IMG/VR virus record: IMGVR_UViG_3300031760_000001
Span: 96,001 to 160,000 of that record
Length of the DNA stretch: 64,000 nucleotides
From: a virus
Lineage: Duplodnaviria > Caudoviricetes
Strand: one strand, 5' to 3'
The position numbers and the translations under genes are program-made. Position 1 is the first letter of the stretch. The number at the start of each line of letters is the position of its first letter. This document shows, in pieces, positions 11,201 to 19,836 of the stretch. A model generated the notes under the pieces. That model worked only from the letters and a program-made list of their open reading frames with translations, was not told where the DNA came from and ran no database searches.

Positions 11201-14200
11201 TCAGTCTTACCGTTAACTGTTTTAGCTTTCATTAACAATTCCAATGAACCGTCAAAATTATCAAGGTATATGTGGTTGAAGTCATATTCAATCAAACCAG
11301 TCTCAGGATTCAACTTAGTTCTTAAAAAATTACTATTCAACGTAGCAAACATACTCCTGTAATCTGGATTGTATATTTCATCATATGAAACAAAACCATC
11401 TGGTGTAAGATTGTTGGAATCACTTTCAGTACTTGTTGCATCTAATTCACTTGACGGTAATTCGGTTGTCTCATCCAACGAAACACCTAATTCACATATT
11501 CTAGGTAGATTTATTGTTGATTTTGGTTTGGTATACGAATCAAAACAAGTTATTCCATAAAACAACCCACCGTTATCATATTGATTTTCATTAACACCTT
11601 CACCACCCGTATTAGGGTCATTGCTCTGGTCTACACCAAGATTACCCCAGTCAGCGCCAGTGTATTCAGTTATTCTACTACCCAAATCTATTTCAGAATC
11701 ATCATCTTCATCAAGTGATGTTGCATTATTTTCATTTGTATAATCATAGGATTCAGATAACAAATCTGGCGGCATGTTATATGTTGTACTTTCAAGACAT
11801 TTGAAAAATTGTGGTATACCATGCATATCACACTCATTCAAACTACCAAGCAACACCAAATCTGTTGCAAACAATGTAACAAGGTCACTATTACCCGTGG
11901 ATGTGTCATAATCACAAGGTTTATAATAATAAACCTTATCACCTAACATAGTCTCCTTCTCATATATAAGACCCTTATACACTTTAAAATATGACCTGGC
12001 ATATTTATGACATTGATAACCATAGCAATTGTCATTATCGTATTTACTAAATATTATTGATTCACGACCAGTCTCATTATTAGCCGATGATAATAATACA
12101 GTGTTTTCATTATTAACCAATGGGATTATTTTTCCCATTGTTTTACCACCAGGTAAAGAAACCGTTCTTTGAATCATATTGGTGGAATAAAGTTTCAGAT
12201 TACGTTTCCAATTCCTTGTTTGTGCAATTGTATTGTCAGTGGAACACCAATCGTCTTTCTTGATTTCACCGTTTATTCTTTTCTTAATTCTACGATACCA
12301 TAGAGGTAAATAAACAACACCATTAATCCAATCATTATAGAAATTAAACGATGTAACTTCATTGTCTTGTGCTAACTGATTTTCGATACAATTATATAAT
12401 ATATCAACACGGTCATTGCAGGTTTCTATACCCTGTCCTTTCAATTTATTTTTAACATGGTCATTTGTACCTGGTGTTACACTGATTTCAGTACCATCAT
12501 CAGTCTCACACAAACCATTTAATGCAATACCGCACCCAATATTCAAGAACAATCTAAAAAACCAAGCAGAAACACCATCACATACAGTTGTATTGTTCTT
12601 AACATCATTATAAACAGCTCTCATATAATTGTTAGGGGTTGTACCGTCATCATCCCTGATACCCTTACCTTTATATTCAGCCAGTTTTTTTGCAACACCC
12701 TCAAACCAATACTTTCCTAACAACTCAAAGTTCAAAGCTTTACTTGCTTTATAAAACAACACACCAAAAAAATAAAAACCTAACCCTAAAGTTGTTAATA
12801 CTGCATTCAACACTCTGGTAAGTGTAACCAACACTTTCACCAAAGTACATAAAAACATGTACATAAAATTGAACTTAATTCGCAAATTGTTAAACGGCAT
12901 TGGGTTGTTTGCACCAGAATGGTTCACCATCTTAATACCTAAATGTCTCAAATTATTCGGTAATCTACTTTTCTGGAGTCGTGGAATGTAACTTTTCACT
13001 GTGTATACATTGTTCCACATCAAATCCCTGAAGTTCTCATCCTTTGTCTTTGTACCAAATTCATAATCAATTTCTTTTGTTTCAGTGAAATTAGGATAAT
13101 CACTCTCCATCAAATGTGGGTTATTCGGTATAAGGAACCTTGCGCGTTTTCTTGCTGTCACATCACTTGGAGTTTCAGCCATTGACAATCTGAAACGCAC
13201 TCTCGCCCTCGTCGGAATACCTGTGTTTGGATTATCAGTCATTACCATTTTACCAAATTCATCTGTCATTACATAATCAAGATTCATTGGAATCTGGTAA
13301 CACCAAACGCCATCACTGTTGATGTTATTGTCACCCTGGACTGAAAACTGTTCAACCTGACCATTAGGAGTTTTCCTAATCATTTCAATTTTACCCTCAC
13401 CAGTAATCATGTCACTCATATTACCCTGTTTCTTACCACCCACACATTTCTGGCTCATTGCATTTTCACCAGCATCGGTAATGACGCTACCCATGAATAT
13501 ACAAGTAGGTTCAAATTTGTAATTGATATTCATATCACATCTTGTGATAGCAGCGTTTGTCTGAGTGTCTGTTGTATCACCCCAGAACGGATAAACATAA
13601 ATGGATTGGTCTTGTGTTATGACCTGTGCAAGTGAATCTATGTTTGTGTCAACCTTGAATTTAGTTGTGTTTTCAAACATATTGGCATTGTAGCCCTTAT
13701 ATATAAGGTCTCGTGGTTTCTGTGACAGGATACCTATATCAGACAAGTCAACGTCCATATGTACAGTCTGTGTGCCAACAGGAACACCATAAATCATATA
13801 GTCACCAGATTCGTTTGTCCTAGTGGTGAACTGGTAATATTTGTCAAACACATCAATCCAGTTATTGTTATCCAACAACACCCTTTTACTAGGAAAAGTA
13901 CCAATATTTTGGTGACATTCATCATCAAGTTCATTAGGAAGTAAGTTATATCTGACACCGTTATTGTCAGTATCCCTGGTTGAAGTAAAACTATACAGAA
14001 TTTGTTTGTCAATATCCTCAGTTGTTTCATACGGAATAAAAACGGACACCTTTACATTAGGTACACCAAAACCACCGTTAGCTAGTACACGGCCAGCTAT
14101 GATACCAGTGTTCGACCCCATAAGTCTGTAGGTGTTTTTCTGGTCAATTGACAATGACAATATATCAAGTGTGTCAATAGTATTATCAACTGTGAAATTG

Positions 14201-14259
14201 ACAACACTGTCATTGTTTACATTTGTTCTGATTCTGTAAGATTTATTCTCTTTTCCCAT
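5257..14259 (-). CDS. Giant virion/baseplate-associated protein, 3000 aa, with a carboxypeptidase-regulatory-like N-terminus, a hydrophobic segment and Tyr-rich repeats
   Basis: N-terminal GRVLANGGFGVPNVKVSVF...TRTNESGDYMIYGVPVGTQTVH beta-sandwich signature. Hydrophobic run FMYMFLCTLVKVLV...GFYFFGVLFY. Repeated YxxG...G(E/D)xYY modules. Downstream of the baseplate wedge gene. Confidence 0.65.
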   Translation of the reverse strand: MGKENKSYRIRTNVNNDSVVNFTVDNTIDTLDILSLSIDQKNTYRLMGSNTGIIAGRVLANGGFGVPNVKVSVFIPYETTEDIDKQILYSFTSTRDTDNNGVRYNLLPNELDDECHQNIGTFPSKRVLLDNNNWIDVFDKYYQFTTRTNESGDYMIYGVPVGTQTVHMDVDLSDIGILSQKPRDLIYKGYNANMFENTTKFKVDTNIDSLAQVITQDQSIYVYPFWGDTTDTQTNAAITRCDMNINYKFEPTCIFMGSVITDAGENAMSQKCVGGKKQGNMSDMITGEGKIEMIRKTPNGQVEQFSVQGDNNINSDGVWCYQIPMNLDYVMTDEFGKMVMTDNPNTGIPTRARVRFRLSMAETPSDVTARKRARFLIPNNPHLMESDYPNFTETKEIDYEFGTKTKDENFRDLMWNNVYTVKSYIPRLQKSRLPNNLRHLGIKMVNHSGANNPMPFNNLRIKFNFMYMFLCTLVKVLVTLTRVLNAVLTTLGLGFYFFGVLFYKASKALNFELLGKYWFEGVAKKLAEYKGKGIRDDDGTTPNNYMRAVYNDVKNNTTVCDGVSAWFFRLFLNIGCGIALNGLCETDDGTEISVTPGTNDHVKNKLKGQGIETCNDRVDILYNCIENQLAQDNEVTSFNFYNDWINGVVYLPLWYRRIKKRINGEIKKDDWCSTDNTIAQTRNWKRNLKLYSTNMIQRTVSLPGGKTMGKIIPLVNNENTVLLSSANNETGRESIIFSKYDNDNCYGYQCHKYARSYFKVYKGLIYEKETMLGDKVYYYKPCDYDTSTGNSDLVTLFATDLVLLGSLNECDMHGIPQFFKCLESTTYNMPPDLLSESYDYTNENNATSLDEDDDSEIDLGSRITEYTGADWGNLGVDQSNDPNTGGEGVNENQYDNGGLFYGITCFDSYTKPKSTINLPRICELGVSLDETTELPSSELDATSTESDSNNLTPDGFVSYDEIYNPDYRSMFATLNSNFLRTKLNPETGLIEYDFNHIYLDNFDGSLELLMKAKTVNGKTEKSDFLDKANYVGNYNLEKSSDAYLNFRYGDYVKRNNKKIYFYENNNISAKVATTRGIISVDGKNRQPRFENSFYFYFGLNEGKTAIDKFNNEFFSDCTNKTASDVPYDMTYQGNSWCPRDTLDGFIAFNMNVDAPYTVKFTDKDKNDVYYQTSISQSKFIFSGGDVIPEGYEKYRIYNLIKKANDNSDNSTQIVDIMPSGRYTIELTDGYDNVYYDEITFELPRIGFVCDVNPFNCKNNELLAKFKDLDNPDDIYYTYTNIANCGYFEGNPDSLLYSSYEVGYIIKTGETYYTLDSITSTYEEHTAISNITVINENEYYYKHEPRLDREIYGFISLSDVSESDFRIELKPINEVFFGNNYIGTSVDVHFVDGVATVTPNNPTAPPPDICGYLGHITYDDVTTFYFGVPYGSQRYRITVTQLCGLDGGESDNVTTINVIVYEDEFKMYINGIDYDVISGFNSGWNDYQLENGVFEDDGGNHSSFEESRLSGWNDILNIGKYTYGSITKPLTKIGYTTLSKSEVIAICNVLSTSYEHNGGGAGSTTPYTWTDEYCFNAASYNPDDYEKGTVQKNVYTYTIAPDVSLYDVNGNPISQTDIQRNVVYYTDQNHIIEAVLDEDYFENVAQTTENVTRYDSILLTANYYVGAIHVARENENGEVTYVAQSNPNIEYVDLACMSFFEYREFIDSINDIIDARGEFSRQVAGVFRINDSETMLTITSKTKARPVRYLIVGNEESSVSNVLYDYRPNSKFTITANTSSKRIVSLNLQKTSDINNTKYASVSNDMYIMDGYVVDKNLETYSLTFKNPTLTCGTNFRVLTNNEYLNNGDLYYIKYFKYKAGAQISEGEAYYTRNGDNYTRNIAEQDITVNPLNEYYYEDDYKEYQAIMTSNRKSVGQYKYDKHIAETIYRKNIEYEDYWHGEPRPTQKRIPENGVYYTYNKTTSTYIGHTNNTQSTIYLTVDGPGKYFEKLDNFAPYHLHDKTKHPYYVSIINDNNSILPPSNTIINFDNTGGDKNLVTTFPVHFYNKPLKSNLYMLLAFINNIPAYPEYALAQTGSVGWLYPVNSYEYYRVQYTDIYQLLPQNTVVYVYIFTPGTAGDDVYYKHTVASGGETVGNILAQYPLPDPQQSVSELYDVNFVECDSVNYNPIIYDGDYVYVNTVNYPNIYTRKIINNLENGQTTAMEYLAYLQQSMVPTPGETDYYNDIYLIGASNSGVIKIPPKLVEITRYYIYDDTVEFSYGDVYYLRTIDNNEVVYQQHIVNDIPETSIVSIRTYKSQRPLIKNVDLYGYGVCYYPFTSQNPCCDDLNGGGWAVRKNPKTNTYVYNNGGTARYYGFFENGNQIRLEERQFSSGDVYYVKGTDDYGNNIYTKQTYNPQLPPTGEIYGGYKYKSVIYHVYYSNVLNLEDITTNWKGVDVFMPGFMCGYLYNGIPRDEEKSNIRAEYGGQEIKLYTNTANGNDDIYSNINVKRMIYTDYPEGINPTYGEYTGVDTDISDDYKYQYSEIPLLDDDLIYTDGYGDEYRYPIAGTLSVLIDNPVLVGRNNTKRLSEVDTKYDDFLKTRTFYTNNDGYTRHQSLYYVFDTDYTEYPLYYYDTGIAESPMNSNLRYDAVNNRYYFTTMPELLLNIDNKVVSGYVSKSKSVSFNITNYIREKYNLTDDGEIPLNILYPNDKFFVIAKCDDYYTISPVVETQWFRVVYNYNGFDNRDEIKNAIYITARNSRDYTSEETLKNGIHYIEDFYYMLYYRFTVRVSTYDVEKNDYNSDLYTQVCSVPENTAEHCYIKVTDKDKPNNYEYHLYDVGYHIPRNTPFYYIQDGEYKEVILPDREYIISQYHQIFYYKIRNLYETYKIGEQIPVGGKYYLFETNPTPNPQAPCTYVEHTNNTTQPIEVETPDTYYHEVPDYVYWASAIKISLSSLGTDAMSDDGWILPWLHVLIEDKSGVIRKCNAQTASGREGEGVEIEEFEDIESMMDDYNDPNNNN

Positions 14260-14488
14260 GTTTCTTAAATAGTTTTCCTAAATTTATACTTCGTCCTGTG
14301 ACTGCTGCAAAAACTGCGTACCCAATTAACACAGGTGCTGCTATAATAAGTATAACAAATAATAAAATTACAATAAAAATTTTACTTATAAACATAGCTG
14401 CCCTTTCCGCTCCATGAGCTTCCTTAATGGTTTCATCATCCGTATATTTCTTGGCTTTCTTAGCCGTGTCTTTACAATTACATCCCAT
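14243..14488 (-). CDS. Small membrane protein, 81 aa
   Basis: MGCNCK N-terminus, long hydrophobic stretch IFIVILLFVILIIAAPVLIGYAVFAAV, basic C-terminus. Overlaps the start of the 3000-aa gene. Confidence 0.7.
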   Translation of the reverse strand: MGCNCKDTAKKAKKYTDDETIKEAHGAERAAMFISKIFIVILLFVILIIAAPVLIGYAVFAAVTGRSINLGKLFKKHGKRE

Positions 14489-14513
14489 AATATATAATAT
14501 AACCTTTTTTTAT

Positions 14514-14542
14514 AAAAAAAGCGAACTGTTTAAAGTCCGCTT
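14514..14542 (-). terminator. Putative intrinsic terminator
   Basis: Minus strand aagcggact-ttaaac-agttcgctt followed by a T-run. Confidence 0.55.
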
Positions 14543-14571
14543 ATTATATGTTTTCCATTTCATTGGACAAA

Positions 14572-14735
14572 TTATCTTTGTTTGATTTCATGTAATAGAA
14601 TATCTTCATCTATTATAATATCTTCATTATATTTTAAATTAGAAAAATATATTATTCTAATTTTGAATAGTCATATTTATCCCCATGTACTTCTTTTACA
14701 CGTTTAATAAATTCTTCAGTAGATAATTTATTCAT
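14572..14735 (-). pseudogene. Internally deleted relic of a DUF723-type homing endonuclease
   Basis: MNKLSTEEFIKRVKEVHGDKYDYSKLE* matches the N-terminal repeat of ORF 59400-60344 (NTQEFIEKAKQIHGDKYDYSKVEY). An overlapping frame continues KIRIIYFSNLKYNEDIIIDEDILLHEIKQR*, resembling that protein's C-terminus (GIKIVYYSN...). Confidence 0.75.
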
Positions 14736-14788
14736 AATAAAAATTTATTTTATTATAAAAAGTTTAATGTTTGAAATAATGTATCTAA

Positions 14789-16852
14789 CTAACGTTGTTT
14801 TATAAAAATTTTTATATCCCTATTTGGATATTTGATTTCAAACATAGTGTCAATTGCACTGTAAAGCACCTTGTCACTTGCGTTAAGGTCTATTTCATTG
14901 TCATCCATTTCACCACCAAGTGAATCATAACGACTGGCGCTAGCGCAAGATGAATAATCAACCATTGTCTGATTAATCTCATCATTGGAATATCCGTTAG
15001 CCTCGCCAACCTTATTGTAACATCTCAAAGCAATAAGATTCACAACACCATCCTCTTTAGAAATCTCTTTTTCCAAATCACCAAGGAATATATCCTCACC
15101 CATTATATGTTTTCTTATATCCATATAATCTTGAATTAAAGCAATAACCCTGTTTATCACTTCACTGCTGTCATATGCTTTGTCAACGTATATATAACAG
15201 TCAAAAGCCAAGTTTATAACCTTTCCTGAATGAATTTCAACAAAATCATTCACCATCTTATATTCTTTAAGATACTCCCTGATATTGTCACCAACAACCT
15301 CAGACAACATTGTCATTAATTTACCTTGATAATCAAGCCCTAGTGTATATACAACAACCTTATTATTCTCTTCAACAACACTGTATCTGAAAGGACATCC
15401 ATATTTAGGATGTATTTGTGAAATCCTAGCGTAATAGTCTTTCAGAGTAACACACCTATTCTGTGCTGATGCATTATACTTAATCAAATAACGTATTTCC
15501 TCATTTGATGGAGCATCCTTACCACCATAAGATGGAGTTGGGTTATTTACAGTCAACGTATTACGGACACTCATTTTCTTTTTGTTGTCATTGGGGTCAT
15601 TACAATTACCATCAAGTGTCATTCTCAATGAAGTAATTGCTGTAATTGTATTTGCACCCACATTTGAAATAACACCACCACCTACTCTATACAAAACATA
15701 CATCGTTGTTCCACTTTCAGGTAAAACACCCATATAATCGTTAGCCTCCATACGGCTCATCATATATCTAGTGAATTCATTAGCATCTGTAGGTATTGTA
15801 CCATAACCGTTTCGAATACCAGGTCCAAATGTGATTTTCAGTTTGTTTGAATCAGTAAATTCAGTTATAAATTTGTTTTTAAGTCTTTTCCATTGACCTT
15901 TCATTGCCATTCTAACAACTTCCTCAACTGGTTCACCATTATCATCAACTATAACAGCACCATCTTCATCAACTAAATCAAATTTCTCAGCAACTTCCCA
16001 TACGGGGTTATAATAACCATTATCAGTATTTTCATCAACAACATATCCAAACCTGTATTGGTCAATCAAATTATCAACCTCGAAATAACGCTGAACTGGA
16101 AGTCCCCTCTTGTCAATATATGATTCCTTGTCAACATAAAATTCAGGAAATGATGGGTCACCTGACAAATTGGTTCCTTGTTTCAATATAATACTTTCAA
16201 TATTACAAATATTATTGTCAACTATTGTGACACTCATGAATGGTTCAATATCATTATTTGTAATAATTTTCTTATATATTCTGGTTTGTCCAGCACGGGC
16301 AATAGTCAGTTTCTTATACACATAATTGACAATATTACCATTACCATCCCTGTTTGGATATATCTGTCTGTTTGATAAACCATTAGTATCAAATTGGCTT
16401 TTGAAATCAACATCTTCTATTAATTCAAACGTATTTGCACCGTCTGAAACCAAAGTACCACGTCTGACAATTGGACAATAACTTTCATCAGCTATAGCCA
16501 AGTTATTACCAGAATTACTTACAGCACTTGTGTTCATTGGTATTTGACATGACAATTCAATTTCAACAATTGCACATTTAGGACCGCTGATTTTAAGTCC
16601 ATTTGTCCTAGCTATATTCAATAAGGCATCTTTTGTGTTGGCACTGTCAACATTGGTTTCCTGATAAGTCCTGTCAATATTGTATGATAAAGTGTCAGCA
16701 ATATCAGCCTGTACATCGATAAGCCAGTTACCGATTGAAGCGTCATTATAATTAGCGAAAATATCTGGATAATATTTCTGTGTTATGTCCAGTATACTGT
16801 TCTTATAGTCATCATAAGTCCTGTTCAAATAGGAAATTCTTGATTCTGCCAT
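14789..16852 (-). CDS. Baseplate wedge protein (T4 gp6 / baseplate J-like)
   Basis: ISYLNRTYDDYK...YYPDIFANYNDASIG, TFGPG, GGKDAPSNEEIR and ASAQNRCVTLKDY motifs typical of gp6-like wedge proteins. Directly follows the gp25-like gene. Confidence 0.9.
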   Translation of the reverse strand: MAESRISYLNRTYDDYKNSILDITQKYYPDIFANYNDASIGNWLIDVQADIADTLSYNIDRTYQETNVDSANTKDALLNIARTNGLKISGPKCAIVEIELSCQIPMNTSAVSNSGNNLAIADESYCPIVRRGTLVSDGANTFELIEDVDFKSQFDTNGLSNRQIYPNRDGNGNIVNYVYKKLTIARAGQTRIYKKIITNNDIEPFMSVTIVDNNICNIESIILKQGTNLSGDPSFPEFYVDKESYIDKRGLPVQRYFEVDNLIDQYRFGYVVDENTDNGYYNPVWEVAEKFDLVDEDGAVIVDDNGEPVEEVVRMAMKGQWKRLKNKFITEFTDSNKLKITFGPGIRNGYGTIPTDANEFTRYMMSRMEANDYMGVLPESGTTMYVLYRVGGGVISNVGANTITAITSLRMTLDGNCNDPNDNKKKMSVRNTLTVNNPTPSYGGKDAPSNEEIRYLIKYNASAQNRCVTLKDYYARISQIHPKYGCPFRYSVVEENNKVVVYTLGLDYQGKLMTMLSEVVGDNIREYLKEYKMVNDFVEIHSGKVINLAFDCYIYVDKAYDSSEVINRVIALIQDYMDIRKHIMGEDIFLGDLEKEISKEDGVVNLIALRCYNKVGEANGYSNDEINQTMVDYSSCASASRYDSLGGEMDDNEIDLNASDKVLYSAIDTMFEIKYPNRDIKIFIKQR

Positions 16853-16854
16853 AA

Positions 16855-17244
16855 TTATATAATTTGTGTTAATTCATAATAATGTGTTATTCCGTCTTTT
16901 TCTTTGACTGAATACCTGATTTTGACTTCAAGTCCTTCACCCTCTTCACCTGTGGGCTGCGTCTCAACTGTATCAATTTCACAATTCGGAATGAATTTTT
17001 TTACTTTGTCCTTGATTTCAAACGTAACATCATCCCACGTAAGTTCATCATTCATATTAAAGAGATATTTGATTAAATTGGTACCGAACAAGGGGTCTCT
17101 CAATTTCTGTCCCTCTGGGGTGAATATAAGATGAATAAGCTGGGATTTGACATCTTCAGCCATTGTTGTGTTCAAATCCAACAAAGTTTTCTGTGATTCT
17201 ATTTTAATTGGAAACTTAATTCCATATTTCTGTGTTCTAGCCAT
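16855..17244 (-). CDS. Baseplate protein gp25/GpW-like
   Basis: YGIKFP...VKSQLIHLIFTPEGQKLRDPLFGTNLIKYLF is the GPW/gp25 signature. Confidence 0.9.
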   Translation of the reverse strand: MARTQKYGIKFPIKIESQKTLLDLNTTMAEDVKSQLIHLIFTPEGQKLRDPLFGTNLIKYLFNMNDELTWDDVTFEIKDKVKKFIPNCEIDTVETQPTGEEGEGLEVKIRYSVKEKDGITHYYELTQII

Positions 17245-17293
17245 AATTTACTGTCTATACACTATAAATATAATAAATTATTTTTTTATATAC

Positions 17294-17320
17294 AAAAAAA
17301 AGAGCCACCGAAGTGACTCT
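17294..17320 (-). terminator. Intrinsic terminator after nrdJ
   Basis: Minus strand agagtcac-ttcg-gtggctct followed by T7; UUCG tetraloop. Confidence 0.85.
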
Positions 17321-17349
17321 TATAAAATTACAAAAAATTAACAATATAA

Positions 17350-19779
17350 TCACCCACATTTAGACCAGCCGCATCTAGGGCAATGATTACACCCTCCATC
17401 TTTAACTATTGGAGTACCACATTCAGGGCAAAGGTCTTCCGTATCCTCTTTTGTTTCCATATATTTACTCAAAACCCTGGTGATTGCCTTGTTGAATGAA
17501 ACAATACTGTCATTACATTTGTCTTCAAGTTTGATAATGTCTTCAAGACGCATACCAGTTCTGAGGTTACCACTTACATGGATTGAAACATTGCGGTATT
17601 CACGTTTTTCACTGTATTCCTTGATGTTGTAAACCGAATCACGGATAATCTCAACATCACCCTTTGAAAGTTTGTGACCCTCGTTGACAATTGAAGAAAT
17701 CTTCTCAATTTCACCGTTAATGTCATAGTCATTGTCAACCTCAATGGCAATATTAGGAATTTCCATTATCTCAGATTCAAATTTGTACACTCTCTTCTTG
17801 ACTCTGGTAATCTTGCCTCTATGGTTTTTAACCTTTTGACATTCATCACACGGCAACACAAACATTTCATAAGGTTTACCGTCCATCAAACCAACTATAA
17901 TGATAAACGCCTTGCCTTGGACTTTAACTTGATAATAGTCACCGTCCAACACTTTCGGACGTTTAGGGGCATTCACTGTATTGAAAATTACCTCATTTTC
18001 TTTTTTCTCAGTGGTTCTGTTGAGAATAGCAGCTCTTTTACACCCATCACGGAAAACTGTCACACCTTTAAGACCGTTCTTCCATGCCTGGAAATAAATG
18101 TCATAAACATCCTGTACGGTTGATTTTTCTGGAAGATTAATAGTTGAACTAATTGAAGCGTCGATATTCTTCTGCAATGCACCCTGCATCATTATTCTGT
18201 CAATAGGCTCAATCACATCCGCACTGACAAAATAGTCAGGAAGCTTATTCATATGCTCATTGATGTAATCAATGTTCAAATTGTTCTTGTCAAAATCCTT
18301 ACCTAAATAGTCAAGTACTGCCTGTGGATAAATCACATAGTCAACCTCACCGATTGATTTGGTTGTCCTGGTGTAATTCTTGGCAAACATAGGCTCACCA
18401 CCACCTGCAGTTGCATTAACCATTGTTGATGTGGTTCCAGTAGGTGCAATAGTCAACAACTGACTGTTAAGAGGATAACGACCTTTATATTTGTCGTCAA
18501 TGTAAGGTTCAATCTGTTTCTTGTAGAAATCAGAATCAAACAGTCCTGGATATTCAGCACCGACAGTATTTAAATCACAGGACTGTTCAAATGCCGCCAC
18601 AAGCATTGTATGTGTTATTTCATATGCTATATTCCTTGATTCCTCACTACCATAAGCAACACCCATCTTAATCAAAGCACCACCGAGGTCAAAAATACCA
18701 AGACCAATCTGACGGAATTTCTTTGCGCTTTCACGTTGAACTTCAAGTGGATGTAAGTCAGTTCCCTCAACCTGAATTTCATTAAGACCAATAGTGGCAA
18801 TCTTTACATCTTTCCTAAACTCATCAAACATAAACTCGCCATTATCATTTACATATTTGTAAAGATTCATGGCACCAAGCAAACATGCCCCACCATTTGG
18901 AAGTGGTTCCTCAGCACATGGGTTTACACCAGCATATTCAAAATCCTTGTTGGCGGACATCATATGCCAATTCCTAATTTTATCCCAGTAAAGGATACCT
19001 GGCTCACCGTAATCCCAGTTATTCTTGGCTAATTTCATAAACAAATCCTTAGCCTTAATCTTTTTAAGATAAACAGGACCACTGATTGTTTCAACACATG
19101 TGATTTTGTTGTATTCCTCCACTGCATTGATTTCCTTTTCGCTGATATCCATATCACAGGGCCAATGCAGCAAATAGTCAGCATCACTTTCAACAGCCTT
19201 CATAAACTTGTCGTTTACACGGATACTGATATTCGCATTGGTAATTTGGTCAGTATTTGCTTTGATGTCAACAAACTCAAGAACATCTGGATGATTAACA
19301 TCAATACTAATCATTAACGCACCACGACGACCGTTCTGTCCAATTGTACCAGTAACAACATCGAATGTTCTCATAAACGACACCGCACCAGTTGTGGTTC
19401 TGGCTGAATTATGCACCACAGCACCTGATGGTCTGAGTTTTGATATATCTATGCCGACACCACCGCCATAACTGTATGTACGAGCCATATTTGAACAGCA
19501 TTGATAGATACTCTCGATTGAATCGTCAACCGTCAATACATAACAGTTTGAAAGGGTTGACTTGATACCCTTGTTATTCAAACCACGGTTTGATAGAATT
19601 CTACCAGCTGGAATGAATTTTTGTTCAATAAAAAGACGTTTTACCTTCTGGTTTCCTCCCGAAACCCTCTCAGCCCATTCCATAAACGTCTCACCTTTTT
19701 GAAAATACTTCTTGTTAATGATGTCAGTACCTAACTGACTGTCACCTAGCCATTCTGTTAATGTTATCTCTTTATCCAT
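17350..19779 (-). CDS. nrdJ: Ribonucleotide reductase, class II (adenosylcobalamin-dependent)
   Basis: PAGRIL, SNCYV, GGGVG, RRGA, NPCAEEPL, ACLLG and TIAPTGT motifs. C-terminal TSCPD-like region and CPECG...GGCNHCPRCGWSKCG zinc ribbon typical of NrdJ. No small-subunit gene adjacent. Confidence 0.88.
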   Translation of the reverse strand: MDKEITLTEWLGDSQLGTDIINKKYFQKGETFMEWAERVSGGNQKVKRLFIEQKFIPAGRILSNRGLNNKGIKSTLSNCYVLTVDDSIESIYQCCSNMARTYSYGGGVGIDISKLRPSGAVVHNSARTTTGAVSFMRTFDVVTGTIGQNGRRGALMISIDVNHPDVLEFVDIKANTDQITNANISIRVNDKFMKAVESDADYLLHWPCDMDISEKEINAVEEYNKITCVETISGPVYLKKIKAKDLFMKLAKNNWDYGEPGILYWDKIRNWHMMSANKDFEYAGVNPCAEEPLPNGGACLLGAMNLYKYVNDNGEFMFDEFRKDVKIATIGLNEIQVEGTDLHPLEVQRESAKKFRQIGLGIFDLGGALIKMGVAYGSEESRNIAYEITHTMLVAAFEQSCDLNTVGAEYPGLFDSDFYKKQIEPYIDDKYKGRYPLNSQLLTIAPTGTTSTMVNATAGGGEPMFAKNYTRTTKSIGEVDYVIYPQAVLDYLGKDFDKNNLNIDYINEHMNKLPDYFVSADVIEPIDRIMMQGALQKNIDASISSTINLPEKSTVQDVYDIYFQAWKNGLKGVTVFRDGCKRAAILNRTTEKKENEVIFNTVNAPKRPKVLDGDYYQVKVQGKAFIIIVGLMDGKPYEMFVLPCDECQKVKNHRGKITRVKKRVYKFESEIMEIPNIAIEVDNDYDINGEIEKISSIVNEGHKLSKGDVEIIRDSVYNIKEYSEKREYRNVSIHVSGNLRTGMRLEDIIKLEDKCNDSIVSFNKAITRVLSKYMETKEDTEDLCPECGTPIVKDGGCNHCPRCGWSKCG

Positions 19780-19836
19780 ACTTTTTATATTTATTTTTTC
19801 ACATATAATATATATCTAAAAAAACAGAGAATTTTC

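Noticed and set aside
5257-14259. Diversity-generating retroelement target or template repeats
   Set aside because: No reverse transcriptase in the window, and I saw no near-identical repeat pair differing only at adenines. The repeats are divergent at protein level.
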